From Gemmatimonadota bacterium (GTDB lineage: Bacteria; Gemmatimonadota; Gemmatimonadetes; Gemmatimonadales; Gemmatimonadaceae): 64,000 nucleotides of DNA. The stretch lies in NCBI GenBank assembly GCA_003134685.1, contig PLCA01000003.1, positions 559,123 through 623,122 on the forward strand. Reading direction: 5' to 3'. Both the position numbers and the translations under genes were made by a program. Of the stretch, positions 18,381 to 25,443 are shown piece after piece (within the stretch, counting starts at the first letter, position 1; each line of letters begins with the position of its first letter). The notes beneath the pieces were generated by a model, which did no database searches, was not told where the DNA came from, and worked only from the letters and a program-made list of their open reading frames with translations.

Positions 18381-18641
18381 ATGAAACACAAAACGGCCAC
18401 CAAACACGGCTACCTAGCATTTCTCTCATGTTCCGCGATCCTCCCCGCGGCGCTGACCGCGCGGCAGGCCGCGACCGATCCGTTCATCTGGCTCGAGGAT
18501 GTCGATGGCACGAGATCGATGGACTGGGTCAACGCGCACAACGCGTCGAGGGTGGTGGTAACCAACGAGCAGAGCGCGAAGAGTCTGGCTCTCACGTATG
18601 CTTATTTGTGGCGGCGACTCGGCGGCAGTCCGGGCCTGTGA
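18381..18641 (+). pseudogene. Internally deleted prolyl oligopeptidase (signal peptide plus first and last helices only)
   Basis: DPFIWLEDVD..RSMDWVNAHNAS fused in frame to VTNEQ.AKS.ALTYAYLW, the two ends of 15507..17612. Confidence 0.8.
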
Positions 18642-18711
18642 ACCGTAATAGCGAACTTAGGGCGCATACGCTTCGATCCAATTCCCGTATCCCAATGACC
18701 CGGCAAAACCA

Positions 18712-19116
18712 GTGAAGTCGGTCGAGTTTGCCTTGCCACTCCGACCCGTGTCGCTACAGGCAAAGAATCGCGCGAACCTGCAGGCGTGGAAATCGCTCGT
18801 CGGAGTTGTTGCGCGCATGGCTGGCGCAGGTCCTCCCCTCACGAAGGGCAAAGTCCACCTAACGATAGTCTTTCGGTGCTATGAGCGGGCCCCCATAGAC
18901 GTAGATAACATCATCAAGCCGATACAGGATGCGCTGAGAAACATCGTTTACAAGAACGACGTGATTGTAACCGACGTTCAAAGTCACAGGCGCTACTTGA
19001 ACGAGGCCGTAGATCTTACTTATCTCCCAAAGAGTCTTATCGAGCTAGTCGTCAGCAACGACGAAGGGATCTATGTGCGCGCGAGCAATTCCAAACAATT
19101 GGGCTTCTTTCTGTGA
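18712..19116 (+). CDS. RusA family endonuclease
   Basis: DVDNIIKPIQDAL..IVYKND matches the RusA DxDNxxKxxxDxL catalytic motif. Confidence 0.8.
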   Translation: MKSVEFALPLRPVSLQAKNRANLQAWKSLVGVVARMAGAGPPLTKGKVHLTIVFRCYERAPIDVDNIIKPIQDALRNIVYKNDVIVTDVQSHRRYLNEAVDLTYLPKSLIELVVSNDEGIYVRASNSKQLGFFL

Positions 19117-19799
19117 GCGATCCGCGCGGCGGGGAGGAGCAAAATGCGACACAACGCGTGGCTGACCTCCTGGCTAATGAAGGATTCAAAGTGTTCATTA
19201 ATCCGACTGAGGGAGCTATTCCATTCGACTTAGCGGGTTACCGTCCCGATATCCTTGCGACCCGCGAAGATGAGAGGTTGATCGTCGAGGTGAAACGATC
19301 AGAAAAGGGCACGTCTGTTGACCAGTATGTTGAGGTAGCCCGACTGGTGCGCGAACACCCGGGTTGGAGGTTTCTTCTAATACCCTCGGATACTGTTGAA
19401 GAAGACGGCACGATTGAGGGAAAAGGTGTCCCCGATTGGTCTGCTCTTGTTGAACAGTCGCGGGTGGCCGGGGGGCTGATTTCTAACCAACTGTACGCGG
19501 CGAGTTTTCTGGCAGCATGGGCGGGAGTGGAGGGCACATTGAGACGAATCGCACAAGACCAGGCGATACCCATCGAAGTGTTTTCTGTGCGGCCGCTCAT
19601 CAAGCATTTGTACTCTTTTGGGATCCTGTCGATCATCCAATTTCAGGAATTAGAGGCGCTCGAGCCCGTTCGCAACGAAGTTGCGCATGGCTTTGTTGTT
19701 CCCGACATCGCTGGGCCAGCCCTCCGTTTGTACCAATTGTTCGTGCAGCTACTGGAACTTCGCAGTCGGTCTGGACCCGTGACTGAGGGTCCGCCTTAG
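19113..19799 (+). CDS. PD-(D/E)xK (REase_AHJR-like) nuclease fused to a HEPN-like domain
   Basis: GYRPDILA...LIVEVK; AWAGVEGTLR helix and RNEVAH (RxxxxH); GTGA overlap with the RusA gene. Confidence 0.7.
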   Translation: MSDPRGGEEQNATQRVADLLANEGFKVFINPTEGAIPFDLAGYRPDILATREDERLIVEVKRSEKGTSVDQYVEVARLVREHPGWRFLLIPSDTVEEDGTIEGKGVPDWSALVEQSRVAGGLISNQLYAASFLAAWAGVEGTLRRIAQDQAIPIEVFSVRPLIKHLYSFGILSIIQFQELEALEPVRNEVAHGFVVPDIAGPALRLYQLFVQLLELRSRSGPVTEGPP

Positions 19800-19950
19800 C
19801 TGCCGTTTGGGGTCGTTCGCGATAAATTCGGGGGCGCCGAAGTGAACTTGAGATGATAGAAAATCGACAGTCGGTGAAATAAAATCGACATTGTGGGCTG
19901 CATTTGACCGCCTAGCGTAGTGAACACGCAGGTTTAGCCAGGGAGGACAA

Positions 19951-20121
19951 ATGTCGAAAGTGGCGCCTTTCCATACGAATACTCCAGAGTATCCGCCAAC
20001 GCATCGCGAGGCTTATCACGACAAGGATACGTGCCCAGACGGCAGGCGCATAAAGCCTGAACATCGCCTGCAAGGGACGGGAAACAAGAAGCACTGCTTA
20101 GAGTGCGACAAGGTTAGTTAA
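19951..20121 (+). CDS. 56-aa small His/Cys-containing protein
   Basis: GGGAGG Shine-Dalgarno; MSKVAPFHT...YHDKDTCPDG..I...QGTGNKKHCLEC; below the ORF-track cutoff. Confidence 0.7.
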   Translation: MSKVAPFHTNTPEYPPTHREAYHDKDTCPDGRRIKPEHRLQGTGNKKHCLECDKVS

Positions 20122-20248
20122 CCCGTGCTCGCCGTTGAGGTCGCCCGATTATCGTCCTACCGGCGACCGATGGTGTTACGGTTCTTCAGGCCGCCGGTAA
20201 TGGGAACGCCGGGCGGGTAAAATGTGTCGTCGTATAAGCGGAGGCTAT

Positions 20249-20713
20249 ATGCGTCTACTTGCGCTCGTCCAGGCGACTTTCCTTTGCCTAGCTAGTCCCC
20301 CACTAGTAGCGCAGGAGCCGCGCGCAGATTCTGTTGCGGTCACACGCGTGACCGCTTCGTTGCGAGACGGACCCGCGTTGGATTCGCGGGTCCTTACAAC
20401 GATTCCGCCAAAGACAACGATCAAGGTTTCGTCCTGTGTCGACGGATGGTGTAGTGTCGAGTATCAGCAATTCACCGGGCACGTCATACAGGCGTTCCTA
20501 CGGTTCCCGTCTGCTGTATCCCAAACCGCACAACCCATCGGCGGCCGTGGTTACATAAATTCGCGAGGTGAGTGGGTTGCCTCCCCGATTCGTACGCTGG
20601 ACGGCCGCCCCCCGGAAGGTGCTAGCGCGCAATGTCGCGACAGCACGTACAGTTTCAGTCGTTCGCGAAGTGGCACCTGCTCACATCACGGCGGCGTTGC
20701 GCGGTGGCTGTAG
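20249..20713 (+). CDS. Secreted SH3 domain plus DUF3761 protein
   Basis: GGAGG RBS, signal peptide, SH3b pattern (LRDGP...VLTTIP...CVDGWCSV), ASAQCRDSTYSFSRSRSGTCSHHGGV. Confidence 0.85.
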   Translation: MRLLALVQATFLCLASPPLVAQEPRADSVAVTRVTASLRDGPALDSRVLTTIPPKTTIKVSSCVDGWCSVEYQQFTGHVIQAFLRFPSAVSQTAQPIGGRGYINSRGEWVASPIRTLDGRPPEGASAQCRDSTYSFSRSRSGTCSHHGGVARWL

Positions 20714-20794
20714 GTGATCAATTGGCCGAATGACCGCGAGACTGTTGCGGTCCGCGAATTGACTAAGATAGGCGACCGCACTGCGAATCTCCCC

Positions 20795-23281
20795 TTACCG
20801 AGAATATCGAGGCTTCTCTGAGTATTTCTCGATAAAAAGCGATGCCGTCAAGCTATAATGTGTGAGAAGGCTGCCAGCGACCTCATGGGTCGGTGGCCAC
20901 TGGTTGGCGAGGGCCTTCGCGAAGCTCACAACGTCACGTTTCAGATCAGTCAGGGAATTCGCCGTAATAACTCTCATCGAGCTGTGAGGGGAACTGGCGC
21001 GCTCAACCACGTTCGTCGGATGAATCATAACGGCAACCGGTTTACAGCTGGCATCATAGTGTCGGTCGAACCAATTCATCGACCCAGTTAGTTGGTTGAC
21101 ATCGCCCTTATTTATGGTGTCGCCGACCACACCGTTCTTGCATTCAACCACTAGATAACGAAGAGCACCCAGACTCCAGAGAACATCGGGGCCGCTTCCA
21201 TACTCCGATTCCGGCCTTTGACTTGAAAAGCCAATGTGCCTCGCGAGCTGACTAATCCCGAGTTCGAAAGCCGGAGCGGTTTCAGGCTTGAAAATCAGTT
21301 GATCCAAGAGGCCGTAGAGACCGACAAGAAGGTGATTCCCGCTGGGATATTCCCGCACGAGAAACTCGACAACCGATGCTCCTTGGTCTTTATCGACACT
21401 TCGTAAACGCAGATATTCGATTCCGGCAAGCGGCCGCGTGACAAACCTATTTTCTGCTGCCGCGGATTTCAAAATGAGCTGCGATTCAACCGGATCGAGA
21501 AAGTGAACGTAACGCGCGAGCTGTGCGCGTAACCACCCCTTCACGCGCACATCGGACGTCTCATTCACTGTCTTTTGCATTCGTGCTGTGGCGTCTTTAA
21601 AGTCTCGACGACGCGCGGCGTTGAAGGCACTCCGCTGGGCGAGAGCCGTAGCACTAACATTGCCGATCGAGGAGTATTTCACCTGAACGAGCGCTCCCCT
21701 GCTGGCGTCGACCCAACCTCGATCCCGTTTAAGCACCTGAGAAATTACCCCGCGCAGGTTCTTCAGAGACTTTCCGCGAAGTTCTGCGGCAACTTTCTGT
21801 GAGAGGTCAAATTGAGCTCTCGTAGCTGGAGTAAGCATGTCGAGCGCGCCTGTCGCGTAGAGCTGCCGGGTCAGCGATCTTCCGGTGAGCAGAATTACGC
21901 AGCGATCTATGTTAGACCGCACACCGCGCCCCATACCTTGCTCTATTCGCTGAATCATGAAAGCAGTTTGGTCGGCACTTCCGGCCAACGCTGCTTGATC
22001 TATTCTATCAAGTTTAGTTCTTACGTCAGGCAAGCCGTCCAAAACAAGAACCCGGCACGCATCGTCTGGAAGGTCAATCCCGTCGTATTTGTTCAAGATT
22101 ACAGTTAGGCCTACGAGGCCCGCCTTGAGTTTGGCGATCCCCTCCCCTAGCCCCTTAGCGTCGAGCACTTGCGCGGCGTGAGCAGACCATAGCTCGGCTC
22201 TTGCCCGCGATGGTACAATGACGACGACATTGTACTGCTCGGCCAACTTTGCCGCAAAGGATCGGAGTGCACCGTCGTCGATTTCGGGGTTGAGTTCCTG
22301 TGGGATGAGGATAAGGCGGTCGCCGACATCGTCTGCACGCGAAGGGGTAATGGGAGCTTGGGCAGCTTTTGGGTCTACATCGAAGTGCGTTACGAGAACG
22401 CTGTCATCAGCCAGTGTCGCCGTCATGAAAACCCTTCGCTCCGCATTTGCGAAACTCGGGATGGCTTCGATCGGCATGCATCTCGGAGAGATCTCGACAA
22501 CACCCCCACCGAAGACGCACTCGCATAAGGGCAGCACGTCTTCCAGTAGCGGCCACGAAAACTCCAACTGACTGCTCTTTCGTTCGCCGTGCAGAATGGC
22601 AGCGACCTGGTCGTTCTTGTCAATCCATGCCCAATATGGGACTAGAAGCTCCTTAGCCGGGTCCTCGGCTTCAACATCTAACAGGAGTGTCGGAGATTGT
22701 CCTCTAAGATCTTCCCGGAAAAGAGAAAGTAGGCCTTTGTAAGCTTTCGAGGTCGAGTCCGCTCGCAAAGTGAACTGCCCTTCGGTGGTGGAAAGGCATG
22801 CGTGAGCATCGTCGACAACGATCGCGCCGAGAGGAATCTTCGACCCCTCAGTACCTACCCCAAAGACAGATTTCCCATTTACCAGTTTGTAGATGTTAGC
22901 AATGAGTACTGCCTCGCCGCGCATGAACCGCGGATCCTCCGCGTTATTCGCGACCGCGATGCCGAGCGCTTCGGCCTCGGCAACGACTTGTCGCGTAAGG
23001 TACGGATCGGGAGTGATATAAACGGCGGGTTTGATACCTTCGTTCAAAAGGCTTTTCAGAATTACAAGGCCGACGACAGTCTTGCCGCCTCCCGTGTTCA
23101 TCTTAATTACTACATCTCGCTCGCCTCGTCTCGCGTCCCATCGATCCCAAACTTCAGCCTGCACATCCCGCGGATACTGATATCGCGATCCTTCCTTTGG
23201 CAATACTGTGAACAGCTCTCTCGGATGAAGAACAGTTTTTGATGCGCCTGACTTACCAATCTTGGTAAAATCGAGTGCCAC
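20795..23281 (-). CDS. SF2 (DinG-like) helicase with C-terminal PD-(D/E)xK nuclease; Hna-like anti-phage protein
   Basis: KMNTGGGKT, DDAH, MTATL, DGIDLPDDACR, EQGMGRGVRS; C-terminal GPDVLW...VVECK; AAGGAGG RBS. Confidence 0.8.
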   Translation of the reverse strand: MALDFTKIGKSGASKTVLHPRELFTVLPKEGSRYQYPRDVQAEVWDRWDARRGERDVVIKMNTGGGKTVVGLVILKSLLNEGIKPAVYITPDPYLTRQVVAEAEALGIAVANNAEDPRFMRGEAVLIANIYKLVNGKSVFGVGTEGSKIPLGAIVVDDAHACLSTTEGQFTLRADSTSKAYKGLLSLFREDLRGQSPTLLLDVEAEDPAKELLVPYWAWIDKNDQVAAILHGERKSSQLEFSWPLLEDVLPLCECVFGGGVVEISPRCMPIEAIPSFANAERRVFMTATLADDSVLVTHFDVDPKAAQAPITPSRADDVGDRLILIPQELNPEIDDGALRSFAAKLAEQYNVVVIVPSRARAELWSAHAAQVLDAKGLGEGIAKLKAGLVGLTVILNKYDGIDLPDDACRVLVLDGLPDVRTKLDRIDQAALAGSADQTAFMIQRIEQGMGRGVRSNIDRCVILLTGRSLTRQLYATGALDMLTPATRAQFDLSQKVAAELRGKSLKNLRGVISQVLKRDRGWVDASRGALVQVKYSSIGNVSATALAQRSAFNAARRRDFKDATARMQKTVNETSDVRVKGWLRAQLARYVHFLDPVESQLILKSAAAENRFVTRPLAGIEYLRLRSVDKDQGASVVEFLVREYPSGNHLLVGLYGLLDQLIFKPETAPAFELGISQLARHIGFSSQRPESEYGSGPDVLWSLGALRYLVVECKNGVVGDTINKGDVNQLTGSMNWFDRHYDASCKPVAVMIHPTNVVERASSPHSSMRVITANSLTDLKRDVVSFAKALANQWPPTHEVAGSLLTHYSLTASLFIEKYSEKPRYSR

Positions 23282-23558
23282 TAGCCCTCCTTAGGACAGA
23301 ACTTCTCACTCAATGCTCGTATGCCGAGCTGATCGTGACAGGCTCCCTCGGAAATCATGAAGTTGCGCTTGATTGTAAAAGCGACATCGGCCTTGGTAAA
23401 TGACGATTCTCTATCTTTGTATGTCGGTTTCGTATCATGAGATGGAATGCCGAGGATCAGAACATCCCTGATCGTCTACCGTGGGCATGGTGGCGAACGG
23501 AGGTTCTGGAAGATCTTGGAGCGAGTTAGACCTCGGCGGGCCACCTCCCGGTGTCCGA

Positions 23559-24489
23559 CTATCCGCCAATACGCTCATACGCTTTCTGTATGAATGGCTT
23601 GGCTACTTCCAAATCTTCCAGCGTCTTCAGCGTGATTTCGAGATCGCCAGTCCCGAAGTGACCAATCTTTGTTACATCGCGAGACATACCCGGCGGGCCC
23701 GGTACAACTTTGGGATCAAGCTTGAGAAACAGAAGCACTTTTTTCTGTTGCGTCTCAACTGAAGCGATGTTCTGCGTCGTCCGATATGCGACATAGTATT
23801 TCTTCGGAGCCTCCTCCACGCTGGGGTCAAGGCCCAACATGAACTCCTGCAATGCCAGAACGAGTGATCGGATATGCGCAGACTTGCCCTCAATATGCTT
23901 TTTGAAAGTCCAATTCGCGGTGGCCCTAGTTGCGGCTGCTTTCTTCCCAGCTTCAACCATGATGGGGTTTTTGCCCGCGTCCGGCGGAGACTGCGGAACC
24001 CCTTTTTGAAGGACCTCTTCCAGATACAGCGAACCGTTAGCAAATAAGCGGTAGGTCCAAAGCTCGATGTTGGCGCCCATCATTTGGACAGCGAGTAAAT
24101 CGTATCGCTTGTAGTTCGGGGCAAGGCATATAACCCTCGTATCTGACCAGTCAATCGAGACCGCCGGACCAAGCGCTTTTTGCACAGCAATTTCGAAGTC
24201 GCCGTGATGATCATGAAGCCACGAAAGATAGAACAGACTCTGGTTAACGAGCTCTGAGGACGCGACCCGTTTGTACTCTATGATGACGGGATTGCCGTCC
24301 TCAGACAGTGCAAGGGTATCGATACGCCCCTGCGTGCTGCGAACCCGTGGAGAACTCCGTTGCAATAAACCTGAAATTGAAAACGGTCCCCAGATTCCGC
24401 TCAATGAGACTCTGGAGTGTGCGTTCGTCAGGGAAGTCTGACTGTGCGACCGAAGAGAACTCGTTCTTTGTGACGTGAAAGAGCGGCAT
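23559..24489 (-). pseudogene. NucS/RecB-like endonuclease plus DUF5655 protein (COG3586-like), frameshifted
   Basis: MPLFHV...ATEFSTGSQHAG continues as RIDTLALSEDGNPVIIEYK only if one G is removed from the run at 24327-24330. Confidence 0.75.
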
Positions 24490-24645
24490 ACGTTGGCTTC
24501 CGGAATTGGGTTCTGGGGTGTTTAATCTTACGTATCCTCGAACTGGCTCGTGCCTACCCGTCGGCAGTGTAATCTGGGGATACGGTGTAGGACGCTAGTT
24601 TCTCTCACTGGAATAACAACTTCAAACGGCAATTGGCACGCTTGC

Positions 24646-25287
24646 ATGATCATTCTCGGGTTCGATCCAGGAGGAATTGGCGGCTTTGGCTGGTGCGCGG
24701 TCGAATCCATCGCCAATGGACGATTGCTATTGCGGGGGTCGGGCTTAGCGGATCATGCTTCCGGTGCCGTCACTGCCGCGGTTAACAGCGCCGAGGGGTT
24801 CGGCGAAATTAAGGCGGCCGCCATTGATAGTCCTCTTTTTTGGGCGGCGGACGGTGACCGCGATGTCGATAAGGTTATTCGCGGGGCCATAAGAATGATG
24901 GGAGCGGGCAACGCCGGAGGGACGGTCCAACAAGTGAATTCACTGCGAGGAGCCTGCCTTACCCAAGGCATCCTCGCGGCACACCTGCTTCGTGTGAAGC
25001 TGCCAGCCGTTAGGATCACTGAGTCTCACCCCAAGGCCTTATTGTGGCTGCTCCAGATCGCAAACTCTCAAAGGCCCGTCGTAGAGATCGACTGCAGCCA
25101 CCTCAGCGGCCTTGTTGACTTCGAAACAAGCGTACGATCAGATCACGAACGAGACGCGGTCCTAGGTGCGTTCGCGGCGTGGGCCATGATGAGCGCCCGA
25201 CAGGGATGGCGCAATCTCTACAGACACAGCGAAAGTACATTCGTTCCCGTTTTCCCGGTCGAATACTGGATGCCCATTCCCGACTGA
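24646..25287 (+). CDS. DUF429 family predicted RNase H-fold nuclease
   Basis: ILGFDPGG, AIDSPL, ESHPKA, DHERDA motifs. Confidence 0.75.
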   Translation: MIILGFDPGGIGGFGWCAVESIANGRLLLRGSGLADHASGAVTAAVNSAEGFGEIKAAAIDSPLFWAADGDRDVDKVIRGAIRMMGAGNAGGTVQQVNSLRGACLTQGILAAHLLRVKLPAVRITESHPKALLWLLQIANSQRPVVEIDCSHLSGLVDFETSVRSDHERDAVLGAFAAWAMMSARQGWRNLYRHSESTFVPVFPVEYWMPIPD

Positions 25288-25443
25288 CCATCTCAGATGG
25301 CTTTACCGGGGTCTAGAAGATTCTAACAGTTGTCAGCGCGACGCGAACAAGTCATGACTCACTCACAGCGTGTGGACTACTTGCGGTAAGCTGTCACAGA
25401 ACAACTTGTTCAAAGGGAACGCACTTCTCCCGATTCGACGGCG

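Noticed and set aside
18712-19116. Prophage implied by the RusA-family gene
   Set aside because: No structural, terminase, integrase or lysis genes are nearby
19912-20094. 60-aa minus-strand ORF from the track
   Set aside because: It is the antisense shadow of the better-supported 56-aa plus-strand ORF, which has an RBS
20718-20763. Imperfect hairpin between the SH3 gene and the helicase gene
   Set aside because: Short stems without a U-tract; compatible with an ordinary convergent terminator and not distinctive
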